Shown here piece after piece: positions 1 through 9,582 of a stretch of 64,000 nt of DNA (within the stretch, counting starts at the first letter, position 1; each line of letters starts with the position of its first letter). Source of the stretch: an uncultured Pseudomonadota bacterium. GTDB lineage: Bacteria; Oederibacteriota; Muellerivitia; Muellerivitales; Muellerivitaceae. Below the pieces are notes generated by a model, which saw only the letters and a program-made list of their open reading frames with translations, was not told the DNA's origin and did no database searches. The stretch covers positions 288,001 to 352,000 of the forward strand of contig CAWIIP010000002.1 in assembly GCA_963836235.1 (NCBI GenBank). The letters run 5' to 3'. The position numbers and the translations under genes are program-made.

Positions 1-303
1 ACCCGGGAGTTCCAAAAGGTCAAAAACCTTATAGATGTCCGGGCTAACATTGGCGATTTTGATGTCCCCTCGGTTTTTACGGACGTCCTTGATGATGCTC
101 ATCAAAACACCAAACCCCGCGCTGGAAATATAGGTCAGCTTTTTCATGTTGAGGACGATTTTGTATTGTTTCTTTTTAAAGAGTTCCTGAAGAATAGCTT
201 CGAATTCTCCGACGGTATTGATATCCAAAACTCCCTCGATATCAACTACCGTCACCGAAGTATTGGACATGGCGGCTCGAGTGGCAAGCACCAAACGTTC
301 CAT
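1..303 (-). CDS. STAS-domain anti-sigma factor antagonist (partial, runs off window)
   Basis: Manual translation from ATG 303 (RBS GGAGGAG): MERLVLATRAAMSNTSVTVVDIEGVLDINTV...LNMKKLTYISSAGFGVLM...DIYKVFDLLELPG; contains the STAS YISSAG motif. Not in the ORF track. Confidence 0.85.
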   Translation of the reverse strand, partial: MERLVLATRAAMSNTSVTVVDIEGVLDINTVGEFEAILQELFKKKQYKIVLNMKKLTYISSAGFGVLMSIIKDVRKNRGDIKIANVSPDIYKVFDLLELPG

Positions 304-315
304 GTAAACTCCTCC

Positions 316-1239
316 TTAAACGTTTACAACCGGATCCGGGACCAAAGCTTCCGCGAACAATTTCGGATCATAAGGAATCAAGTCTTCCAAACATTCCCCC
401 ACTCCCAAATAACGGACTGGAAGCTCCATTTGTTCTGAAAGGGCGACCGCAATGCCGCCTTTAGCCGTTCCATCCAATTTCGTCAGCACCAAACCTGTCA
501 ACTGAACTTCTTTGTTAAACTCCCGAGCCTGGTTCAAGGCATTTTGACCGGTATTAGCGTCCAAAACCAGCCACTTCTCTTGTTGAATTCCCGGGGCGGC
601 TTTTTGCGCAACCCGAATAATTTTTTGCAGCTCTTCCATTAAGTTCTGGCGGTTATGAAGCCTTCCGGCTGTATCCACCAGCAAACAATCTAGCCCACGG
701 GCAATCCCGGATTTTAACGCGTCGAAAACAACCGCCGAAGGGGCCGCTCCATGGGAACCTCGGACGAACTCTACTTTAGCACGTTCAGCCCACTCCGTCA
801 GCTGTTCTTCTGCCGCGGCACGAAAAGTATCTCCGGCGGCCAAAAGCACTTTTCTGCCTTCTGAGGAAAAACGAGCCGCCAATTTGCCCGCTGTCGTCGT
901 CTTACCGGCACCATTGACCCCCGCCAACAGGATGACCACTGGATGGGCCAACTTCAGGGGAGTATAAGCCTTAAAAAGTCTTAGATATACCGCCTCTCGT
1001 AAATAATGAGCCAGGGTCTCCGGCGAAGGTTCCCTCTCGCTTTTCAATTTTTCCTGAACTTCCCGGATAATCGCCTGGGCGGTAGTAGCCCCCATATCGA
1101 TTGAGACAAGCCTTTCTTCCATCTCATCCAAGGTGCTTTGGGACAGCTTGGCAGTGCCCCTCAAAACCGAATCCAAGTTTGCGGTCAGTTGTTGTGCGGT
1201 TTTTCGAAGTCCGTTTCGAAATTTGTCGAATAAACCCAT
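316..1239 (-). CDS. ftsY: SRP receptor FtsY
   Basis: GVNGAGKTTT, DTFRAAA, DTAGR, TKLDGTAKGG motifs. Confidence 0.97.
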   Translation of the reverse strand: MGLFDKFRNGLRKTAQQLTANLDSVLRGTAKLSQSTLDEMEERLVSIDMGATTAQAIIREVQEKLKSEREPSPETLAHYLREAVYLRLFKAYTPLKLAHPVVILLAGVNGAGKTTTAGKLAARFSSEGRKVLLAAGDTFRAAAEEQLTEWAERAKVEFVRGSHGAAPSAVVFDALKSGIARGLDCLLVDTAGRLHNRQNLMEELQKIIRVAQKAAPGIQQEKWLVLDANTGQNALNQAREFNKEVQLTGLVLTKLDGTAKGGIAVALSEQMELPVRYLGVGECLEDLIPYDPKLFAEALVPDPVVNV

Positions 1240-1370
1240 TTTAAGCCCACTATCCTTTTGGATTTCTCGTACAGGTCTACTGGGGCCGGTTGAGCCCTTA
1301 AAAGCTACTCCTATTTCACAAAATCTTTAATGACAACAATCAAAAGTTTTTTTTTTGGAAATATGAAGAC

Positions 1371-4300
1371 TTAAGACACCGAAGATTCTTCCGGAGAATT
1401 TTCCCTAAACTTCGTTGAAATTATCTTTGAGACGCCCGATTCTTGCATGGTGACGCCATACATAACATCTGCCGTTTCCATACTCACTTTGCTGTGAGTA
1501 ATCATGATGAACTGGGTCTTCTTGCTGAATTCCCTCAACAAATGGGTAAAGCGACCCACATTCACATCATCTAGTGGTGCGTCAATCTCATCCAATAGGC
1601 AGAAGGGACTCGGCTTCACCATGAAAAGCGCGAATAGGAGCGCGATAGCCGTCAGGGCTTTTTCACCGCCCGACAGCAGGGATACAGATTGAAGACGCTT
1701 TCCCGGAGGACGGGCCACGATTTCAATCCCCGATTCCAATACATCTCCCTCGTCGATCAGAATCAATTCCGCCCGTCCGCCCTCGAACAACCGTTGGAAA
1801 GTATCTTTAAAATTTTCTTGAACCGTAGCGAAAGTGGAAGTGAATAATTCTTTCGAGGTAAGATTAATCTTATTGATTGCCTTTTGAAGGTCGTCTTTCG
1901 CCTTCAAAAGATCTTCCCTTTGTTCGGTAAGGAACTTATACCTTTGGTTTAATTCGTCATATTCCTCGACCGCGACCATGTTCACCAAGCCGAGGCGTTC
2001 AATTTTCGCGCGCAATTCGACCGATTCCTTTTCAGCGTCGTCTCCGTCAAAACCCTTTTCGAGAGCTACCGGAGGATTTTCTAAATCTACCTTATACTCA
2101 ACTTGCAGTTTTTCCTCGATATTACGGACTTCCACGTTCATCTGGGCTTCCTGAAGCTCAAAACCATGAACTTCCTTCTGGACTTCCTCAAACTTGGAAC
2201 GGGAATGGCGCACCTTCTCCGCTCTTTCTTCGGTTTCGATGGCGATCTTCTCTCGTTTTTCCACGAATATTTTGACCCGGGCATCGGCTTCTTGTTTTGA
2301 CTCGGACAATCCGCCAACTTTTTTCTCGAGATCGTTCAAATCCAAGAAAAGTTGCTGTTCCTGTAAATCAAGCTGTTGGTTCTCTTCCCTCTTTTGAACT
2401 ACCGATTGGGTAAGTTGGTCTTGTTCCTTTTGATAACGCTCAGCCTCTTCCTTAGAACGTGCCGCGACTTCATCCAGACTGGCCAACTCAAGTTCTATTT
2501 GCAGAATTTGTTTCGCGATTTCGTCTTTTTGGGCCTGCAACTCTTGCAGCTGCCGCCGGGCTTCGGAAATCTCTTCTTGTGTCAGGTCATGAGCTTGGTC
2601 ACTTTGAGCTACCAGTTGGTTGAGTTCTAGGATACGGCTCTTATCGGTATTCCAATGCTCTTCCAATTGATTCTTCTCATTTTCTTTTGAGGTTTTTTCG
2701 GATTGCAACCGGGACAAAGTCTCGTGTAATTGGGTGATTTCCTTCTCGGCCTCAGCCAAACGGATTTTTAACTGGTGACGCCGGGTTTCGGCGCCCAAAA
2801 GATTATCTTCAGTTTCTTTCCGCTGTTTTTTGGTTTCACCTAACGCGGATTCGGTTTCCTGGAGCTGATTCTCCAAATTTTTCAACTTTCCAGCCATCTC
2901 GGACATTTCACGGTGGCGGCCCATCAGCGAAACACCCGAAACCGCCGAACCAGCCTTAATGAATCCCAGGGGACCCAACCGGTCCCCTTCCTTGGTGACA
3001 AAACGAGTACGGGAGTAACGTTCGGTCAATTCTTCGGCTACAGCCAAATCCTGCACAAAAAGATCCTGTTCAAAAAGAAAACGCACCACCGGTTCCATTT
3101 CAGGATTATATTTCAAAAGAGAAAGTACCGAAGCCTCCACGCCCCGCTCGGAAAGAACGCTTTCGGCAAAACCCTGACCCTGCAATTTAACGAGATCATC
3201 CAGTATGAACAGGGATACTTTCCCCTGGCCCTCAGTCTTCAAATAGGAAATAACCTTTTCGGCGGCTGCACGGTTTCGAACAACCAAAGACTGTAATTGG
3301 CCACCCAATAAAGCTTCCACAGAACTCTCGTGAACTTGGTCAACTGAAATGAGATTCGCCACCACGCCCAGAACCTCCTGCCACATCAGGGGCTCCGTCT
3401 GCTTGGCCAATAGAACCGCCTTTACTCCAGAATCATAGCCCGTCAGCTTGTTCTGAAGTTCTTCAAGAACGCTGTAACGAGAACGGACTTCCGAACAGCT
3501 GTTATTAAGTTGCTTAAGCAACATATTTGTTTCGTCAATTTGGGTTTCCTGTTGCGAAAGGACACTTTGAAAATGGAGTATCCTCTCATCAACTTGTGTC
3601 TCCTCGATTTGGGCGGCATTTTTATCTTCGTGGATCTTAGCCAAACGTTCATCAGCGTTCGCAATTTCGCTTTGAAATCTTCCCACTTGGGCGGCCAAAT
3701 CATTGACGCGCCTAGATGTTTCTTCGTCTTGGGACTTCAACGATTCCAATTCGGCCTTCATGTGAGCTGATTTTTTCATCAGATCCATAGCGGCGGTGTT
3801 TTTGCTTTCCAAGTCCTGGCTTTTGAAGGAAAAATCGCTGCCCAACGCCGACAATTTTGAGCTTAGCTCCTCTTTCAATTTATTCTTTTCTGATTTCTGG
3901 AATTCCTTATTTTGGGATAATTCAATCCTTTCTAATACCCAAATTTTCAACTGCTCGATGCGGCCTAAAGCTTCTGCCTGTTGCTGTTCATTGCGCAGTT
4001 TTTGATCCGCAAGCATATGGCGGTGGCGTTTGGTTCCTTCCATTCGACCTTGGGTAACTTCGACTTCGCTACTAACTTTATAAGCCTGTTCCCGTACACC
4101 GGCCAATTCCTGCTCAATTTCCATTAAATGGGCTCTTTGTTGCTTTTCGTCATGTTCCAATTTATGGGTTTCACCCTGGGCTTCATTTAAACGGTCTTTT
4201 ACCAAGCTCATTTTATGATTGAGGTCTTTGAGTTTGGACTTCAGTTTAGACAACTTATCTAAATGGATCTGAACTTGGAGTTTTCCTAGTTCTTCTTTGT

Positions 4301-4952
4301 ATTCGCGATATTTTTCAGCTTGCTTGGCTTGTCTTTCCAGGGTGGAAATCTGTCGTTTAATTTCAGCGATAATGTCTGAAATACGGATGAGATTTTGTTC
4401 AGTAGCGTCCAATTTACGTAAAGCCTCAACCTTGCGGGCCTTATACCGGGTAATACCCGCGGCTTCCTCAAAAATGGCCCGACGTTCCGCGGGCTTAGAT
4501 GTGACGATTTGATCCATTTGGCCTTGGGCCATGACGGAGTAAGTGCTGACCCCAAGCCCCGTGCCCATAAATAGTTCTTTCACATCTTTTAAACGGGCAG
4601 GCGTTTTATTGATGAGATATTCGGATTCTCCTGACCGGTAAACCCTGCGGGTAATGGAGATTTCGTTGTACTCAAGGGGTATTGTCTTGTCTTCGTTGGA
4701 AAGGGTAAGGGTGACTTCTGCCATGCTGGAAGGGTTTCGAGAATCCGTTCCATTGAAAATAACATCCGTCATTTCGGAAGCCCGAAGTCCCTTGGCGGAC
4801 TGCTCCCCCATGACCCAACGGACGCTGTCGGAAACGTTGGTTTTACCACAACCATTAGGCCCCACGACAGCGGTAACACCTGGCTCAAATAAAAGCTCGG
4901 TCTTATCGGCGAAGGATTTGAACCCGTGAATTTCTAGTTTTTTTAGATACAA
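1371..4952 (-). CDS. smc: Chromosome segregation protein SMC
   Basis: GFKSF, Walker A GPNGCGKT, long coiled coils with a hinge, LSGGE signature, LDEIDAPLD. Confidence 0.97.
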   Translation of the reverse strand: MYLKKLEIHGFKSFADKTELLFEPGVTAVVGPNGCGKTNVSDSVRWVMGEQSAKGLRASEMTDVIFNGTDSRNPSSMAEVTLTLSNEDKTIPLEYNEISITRRVYRSGESEYLINKTPARLKDVKELFMGTGLGVSTYSVMAQGQMDQIVTSKPAERRAIFEEAAGITRYKARKVEALRKLDATEQNLIRISDIIAEIKRQISTLERQAKQAEKYREYKEELGKLQVQIHLDKLSKLKSKLKDLNHKMSLVKDRLNEAQGETHKLEHDEKQQRAHLMEIEQELAGVREQAYKVSSEVEVTQGRMEGTKRHRHMLADQKLRNEQQQAEALGRIEQLKIWVLERIELSQNKEFQKSEKNKLKEELSSKLSALGSDFSFKSQDLESKNTAAMDLMKKSAHMKAELESLKSQDEETSRRVNDLAAQVGRFQSEIANADERLAKIHEDKNAAQIEETQVDERILHFQSVLSQQETQIDETNMLLKQLNNSCSEVRSRYSVLEELQNKLTGYDSGVKAVLLAKQTEPLMWQEVLGVVANLISVDQVHESSVEALLGGQLQSLVVRNRAAAEKVISYLKTEGQGKVSLFILDDLVKLQGQGFAESVLSERGVEASVLSLLKYNPEMEPVVRFLFEQDLFVQDLAVAEELTERYSRTRFVTKEGDRLGPLGFIKAGSAVSGVSLMGRHREMSEMAGKLKNLENQLQETESALGETKKQRKETEDNLLGAETRRHQLKIRLAEAEKEITQLHETLSRLQSEKTSKENEKNQLEEHWNTDKSRILELNQLVAQSDQAHDLTQEEISEARRQLQELQAQKDEIAKQILQIELELASLDEVAARSKEEAERYQKEQDQLTQSVVQKREENQQLDLQEQQLFLDLNDLEKKVGGLSESKQEADARVKIFVEKREKIAIETEERAEKVRHSRSKFEEVQKEVHGFELQEAQMNVEVRNIEEKLQVEYKVDLENPPVALEKGFDGDDAEKESVELRAKIERLGLVNMVAVEEYDELNQRYKFLTEQREDLLKAKDDLQKAINKINLTSKELFTSTFATVQENFKDTFQRLFEGGRAELILIDEGDVLESGIEIVARPPGKRLQSVSLLSGGEKALTAIALLFALFMVKPSPFCLLDEIDAPLDDVNVGRFTHLLREFSKKTQFIMITHSKVSMETADVMYGVTMQESGVSKIISTKFRENSPEESSVS

Positions 4953-5137
4953 ACCCTATTTTCTCCAAGAAAGAAATAGAAAATAGGCCGAAAAGTGTAG
5001 GAAAAATGTAGAAACGGCTTAATTTTACTGACTTTATCATTACTAGGGGTAGATGGCAAGAGCTTTAAACCTACCAAGTATAGAATACAACGCCATAAGG
5101 ATTTCTTATTTAGAATCTTCAGCGGGATAACTTTTCC

Positions 5138-6244
5138 TTATTGTTGGAAAGCATAACGAATAAACCGATTAACAGGCATCTCAAAAAGATAATATGAAGC
5201 GGCCATAATTCCCGTTGATAGTATGGCAAAAATTGAAAAGACTATAAAAATATTTTGATTTCGAAGAAATGGGTAATAAATAAAAGGATAAAAAAATCTT
5301 GAGTAAATCAAGGGATGAAAAAGATAGATACCGTAACTAAATTTACCAGTCCAACTAAGAAAACTCAAATACTTTGACTCAAAAAAATTTAGATGGAGCC
5401 CACCCAAAATAAAGGAAAAAGCCCCCAACGCTACAAGCGTCGGACCGTAAATATCATCCATTATCCGTTCATTCATGTTGGTAAAAAAATACACCCCAAT
5501 TAATAAGCTGATACCTACCCCACATAGCAGAATGCTGAAAGTTTTATGCGTCGATAGACAATTTCTAAATCTTTTAGATGCCATATAAAGAAGAATACCA
5601 AAAGCGATTTGATCAAAGGCGCCGAAAGAAGTTTTATAAAAAAAATCGCGGCCTTTCGAGGGATACATAAGCATGCCACTTCTCCATAAAAGCCCGAAAA
5701 CGATGATCCCCAACAAAAGCGAAACAAATGTTTTGAGTCGACCAATGTTCTTCAAGACCATCGGATAGAAAAAATAAAATTGTTCCTCTACCGCGAGAGA
5801 CCATAAGAGTCCCCAATAGATTCCAGGCATGGGATTCGGATAAAAGGCTTGGAACCAATTAAAGAAAAAGGTGAAAATAGAAATCCAAAAAAGCGTTTGA
5901 AAATGGGTGACGTTATGGACGATGTAGGCGCCTATACCCACATGGATGATCAACAAAGGGAGAATCCGCGCTACCCGGCGAACATAAAAACTCCTCACCC
6001 CCGGGTCGAAAAGCTGATTGTTTTTGCCATCAATCAAACGTGTGATCAAAAAGCCGGAAACAACAAAAAAAACACAAACACCATAAACACCGTTAACCGA
6101 AAAAGGTTTCCATAACCATTGGAAAGAAGACCCGGATGGGGCAATCCCAACCAAGTGACAGGCCAGAACTGAAAGGATGGAAAAAGTCCTGACCAAATCG
6201 ATAACCTGTAGCTTGTCAGTGGAAGGCGGAACACTTTTTCCCAA
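5138..6244 (-). CDS. Acyltransferase family 3 (OafA-like membrane O-acyltransferase)
   Basis: GVCVFFVVSGFLIT, FYVRRVARILP, WSLAVEEQFY, SYGIYLFH motifs; AT-rich. Confidence 0.9.
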   Translation of the reverse strand: MGKSVPPSTDKLQVIDLVRTFSILSVLACHLVGIAPSGSSFQWLWKPFSVNGVYGVCVFFVVSGFLITRLIDGKNNQLFDPGVRSFYVRRVARILPLLIIHVGIGAYIVHNVTHFQTLFWISIFTFFFNWFQAFYPNPMPGIYWGLLWSLAVEEQFYFFYPMVLKNIGRLKTFVSLLLGIIVFGLLWRSGMLMYPSKGRDFFYKTSFGAFDQIAFGILLYMASKRFRNCLSTHKTFSILLCGVGISLLIGVYFFTNMNERIMDDIYGPTLVALGAFSFILGGLHLNFFESKYLSFLSWTGKFSYGIYLFHPLIYSRFFYPFIYYPFLRNQNIFIVFSIFAILSTGIMAASYYLFEMPVNRFIRYAFQQ

Positions 6245-6264
6245 CTCCGTCCCTAAGCGGCTGA

Positions 6265-6765
6265 TTAATTAAACTCCAAAAGCGAGAAGGCCAAATTAGT
6301 ACGGCGAAGTCGGCTGGAAATAAGGCTGATCAAAGTGCAGAAAACTTCATAGGCTACTTCCGGGTTTTTCTTGAGGAATTTCTTAAAATCATCACCTTTG
6401 ATCACGTGAACCGAACAATCCTCGCGCGCCTTAACCGTGGCAGAATAGGGGGCATCGTCAAAAACGCTCATTTCCCCAAAAATAGAGCCTCGGCTAAGGT
6501 CAGCCAAATATTTCTTTTCACCCGGTTGTTTACCGGATTTCGAAACTTCCGCCCGACCGTTAATCATGATGTGGAGGTTTCCGCCCGCTTGTCCTTCTTC
6601 AATAATACCTTGACCAGCTTTGAAATTCTGAACTTTCCCCAACTTGAAAATTTGGCTTAAAGTCTTATCCTGCATGCCATCAAATAAGCTGACTTCTTTT
6701 AAAAAATCAGTGGTAGGCACTTCTTTACGGGTTGGCATAGTTTTTCTCTCCGGAAGTAAAATCAA
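6265..6765 (-). CDS. Stand-alone cyclic nucleotide-binding protein
   Basis: FGEMSVFDDAPYSATVKA cNMP motif, C-terminal SSRLRRTN helix, no HTH. Confidence 0.85.
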   Translation of the reverse strand: MILLPERKTMPTRKEVPTTDFLKEVSLFDGMQDKTLSQIFKLGKVQNFKAGQGIIEEGQAGGNLHIMINGRAEVSKSGKQPGEKKYLADLSRGSIFGEMSVFDDAPYSATVKAREDCSVHVIKGDDFKKFLKKNPEVAYEVFCTLISLISSRLRRTNLAFSLLEFN

Positions 6766-6986
6766 AAGGTGGATTTCGTTAAGTAGATAAAAACTTCTAT
6801 TCTAGACTTCTTGTTCTGCCCCAGCCCTCTCACGCGAATGCGGCTGGACTCTTTCTGTTTTTCTACCTTTATTCATCCGCCAGATTAAATAATAAGTTCT
6901 GACTACAACGAATGCCATGGCTAAAAAGCCGATTCCAAAAAAAACATAAGACACGGAATGTTTCAGCATGTTCTTGTTTACGAGCC

Positions 6987-7820
6987 TTATTCATCCGCCG
7001 ATTCTTGGGAATAACGATAAGGCGCTTCCCAACTAGCAACGATACGATTGGGAGTTAATCGGCGCCCAAACTTCTTTTTAATAAGATGGAGAGCCGCTAA
7101 ATCGGCGTTTCGGATTTTTTGGGCTTGGGTCAGTGAATATTCAGCGGGCGGAACAGCTTCTCCCGGGCCAACTCTTAACCAAACTTTTTTCCCCGATTGG
7201 CGGACATAAACCTGAACGATCAATTTAGACTTAGGGGCGGTAAAATTGAATTGGCGCCACTGGCGTCCCTCCTGACCGTCATAACTGCCTTCTTCTTGCT
7301 TGCCATCAAGGGGACTTATTAATTTGTATTTTTTGAAAAGAAGGGCGTTAAGTACTTCTTGGGAAGTCCAAGCTATTCGGGAAGATTCGTTCCCCCCTTT
7401 CGCCTTCACCCATCCACCAAAAATAACATTCGGTCTATATTTTGAAACCTGCCAGGGCTTGACTGAATGATGGTGTTTTTTAGCTTTAGTCGCCTCGGCA
7501 CCTGGAGTAGCGACCGCAACTTGGGTGGTCGGAGACTGACTTTGATCATTACTTGTTGGAGGCAAGGGAGGATTCGATAGGGCCGGGTTCGCTGGAGACG
7601 CTTGTGTAGCAGCGGCTTGGTCACCGGGAAGTGGTGGCAAAGCTGGTGCCGCATTAGAAGAGGCCGGTTGATTCGCCGAGGACGCTGGGGCGGTGGAACT
7701 TGCATTAGAAGTAGCTGCCTGACTTTGATCGGGTAAAGGAGGAAGCGGGGGCATATCTTGGGCTGAAACAAAACCTACCGTCATCGAAAAAAGGATGAAC
7801 CCCAAAAATCGTTTCATCAT
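6987..7820 (-). CDS. Exported hypothetical protein with Pro/Ala/Ser-rich N-terminal region
   Basis: Signal peptide, low-complexity linker, RBS AAGGAG. Confidence 0.7.
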   Translation of the reverse strand: MMKRFLGFILFSMTVGFVSAQDMPPLPPLPDQSQAATSNASSTAPASSANQPASSNAAPALPPLPGDQAAATQASPANPALSNPPLPPTSNDQSQSPTTQVAVATPGAEATKAKKHHHSVKPWQVSKYRPNVIFGGWVKAKGGNESSRIAWTSQEVLNALLFKKYKLISPLDGKQEEGSYDGQEGRQWRQFNFTAPKSKLIVQVYVRQSGKKVWLRVGPGEAVPPAEYSLTQAQKIRNADLAALHLIKKKFGRRLTPNRIVASWEAPYRYSQESADE

Positions 7821-7920
7821 GCCGAATGCTCCTTAACCCAAAATATTAGCCCTTTTCAGAGGGTCCTTATTTTAACCACTTTGATTGAACCCCCAACAAA
7901 ATTCTTACGTTAAAGAGAGC

Positions 7921-8415
7921 TTAAAACTTCATTGTTACAATCGGAACGTTGAATGCTAGGAACTGAGGGTGGGAAAGGTTTTCGACATAAGTGGAAGAGG
8001 ATGGAGGAGGGTATTTATTCGTTAAAACTGAAACGCAAGCGATAGTAGTGGACCCCAATCCAGCCGCAACCACAAACGGAAGAAAATAATCCCCTCCGAC
8101 TCCGAAATTGCCTCGCGTCGCCAAAGAAACAAGTCCAGTTATCCCAAAACTTGCCAAAGTCGTAAATGGAAGCGAAGTAATGAAAATAACCTGAAAATCC
8201 TCAGCTTGGTTTTCTTTATATTCCACTCCTTCAGGGTCATAACCATAAGCTTGCCGCTCATATTCATAGGGTTTGGCAAACCCTCCACTAATCTCCGCAT
8301 TATCGGAGAGGTTTGAGCTATCGTCGGGTATGGACAATTGCGCCAGACCTGCTGAAGGCCGGAATGCCATCAGGGCAATAAGACTAAGAAAAGCTAAAAA
8401 AGCGCGTAAGGACAT
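7921..8415 (-). CDS. Hypothetical membrane protein
   Basis: Signal peptide plus two hydrophobic segments. Confidence 0.6.
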   Translation of the reverse strand: MSLRAFLAFLSLIALMAFRPSAGLAQLSIPDDSSNLSDNAEISGGFAKPYEYERQAYGYDPEGVEYKENQAEDFQVIFITSLPFTTLASFGITGLVSLATRGNFGVGGDYFLPFVVAAGLGSTTIACVSVLTNKYPPPSSSTYVENLSHPQFLAFNVPIVTMKF

Positions 8416-8468
8416 AGGATTATTTTAACTTGAGGCAAATCCGAAAGAAACAACCAAAGCCTTTCCTT

Positions 8469-9452
8469 TTATTTTGAGATGTTTTCAACATGAACTCCTG
8501 GGACCCTGGAAAAACCTCCTCGCTTCAAGGTTTGTTCCAGTCCTCGGTCACCTTTAACATAAGCATCCCAAAAAAGTAAGGAAGCCTGCTCGATCCACTG
8601 GTGAACAGACGAATCACGAACCTTCCCATTAAATTGGGCATCGGCAAAATCCATATGGTTCGCTCCTTGAATAACCGACAAATATTTGTGGCCCGGCCTT
8701 AAGTGCTCAAAAGCCTTAAGACGCCACAGGTAAGGTTCTCCATTTTCAAGACCTCTGTCCCGCGTCCCAGTCATCATGAACATGGGGCGATGGATCATAT
8801 CCCAAGAATCCTCTTTAAAAGCCCAACCACCAGGGCCTTGAGGCGATAAAACCAAGAAGGCTTCCACCCGAGTATCCTCAAACCCCAATGGCTTATCGGA
8901 AGAGGCGTAAACTTTTGCTCCCGCCACCGCCATGCTGGTGTAAGCTCCAAAAGAATGGCCCCCTACTCCCACCCTTGTGGGATCCAGGTGTCCCTTTAAT
9001 GCTGGCACCCTATCTTCCAATTGAGGCAAGGAATCCAAAAGAAAGGTGACGTCCTTAGGCCTATTCACCAAGTTGGCTTTTTCATTGACCATCTGGCGCA
9101 CTACTCGCAAATTGTAAAAAGGACGCAACCGTTTCAAGAGGGATTTGTCGCTTCCCAAGTGGGTAGGATTCAGCACCACGAAACCATTAGCGGCCCAGTA
9201 GCGGCTCAAATAGGCGTAACCATCTTTGGATCCGCCGGCGCCATGGGAAAAGACAAGAACCGGAAACCGGTGAGATTCACGAGTCTGGGGATAGTAAATT
9301 TTCAGGGGTACGTCCCTATTTCGAGTAGCGTCACGAAGGATGATATCGGCGGACCCAACTGGATAATTCTCGGCTAATACCGTATGACTCAGCAACAGAG
9401 CCATAAAGATGAACACCCCAATCCATCGTTTCAACATAAAAAAATCTCCCAT
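8469..9452 (-). CDS. Exported alpha/beta hydrolase (dienelactone hydrolase/chlorophyllase-like)
   Basis: FSHGAGG, GHSFG nucleophile, GTRD, GANHMDF; signal peptide. Confidence 0.85.
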   Translation of the reverse strand: MGDFFMLKRWIGVFIFMALLLSHTVLAENYPVGSADIILRDATRNRDVPLKIYYPQTRESHRFPVLVFSHGAGGSKDGYAYLSRYWAANGFVVLNPTHLGSDKSLLKRLRPFYNLRVVRQMVNEKANLVNRPKDVTFLLDSLPQLEDRVPALKGHLDPTRVGVGGHSFGAYTSMAVAGAKVYASSDKPLGFEDTRVEAFLVLSPQGPGGWAFKEDSWDMIHRPMFMMTGTRDRGLENGEPYLWRLKAFEHLRPGHKYLSVIQGANHMDFADAQFNGKVRDSSVHQWIEQASLLFWDAYVKGDRGLEQTLKRGGFSRVPGVHVENISK

Positions 9453-9582
9453 CGCATAGAGGTTTTAAATTTCAATTTTAAAATACCAAACAAAATCATC
9501 CAATCACTCCCTTGAACTCAATGAATAAAACAGTTTAGACAGTTTTTCGTTTAACGCTCCTTCTTTTCCTGAACACTAACAT

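Noticed and set aside
5138-6244. AT-rich acyltransferase as a mobile element
   Set aside because: No flanking repeats or mobility genes; the composition is partly explained by Phe/Ile-rich membrane codons.
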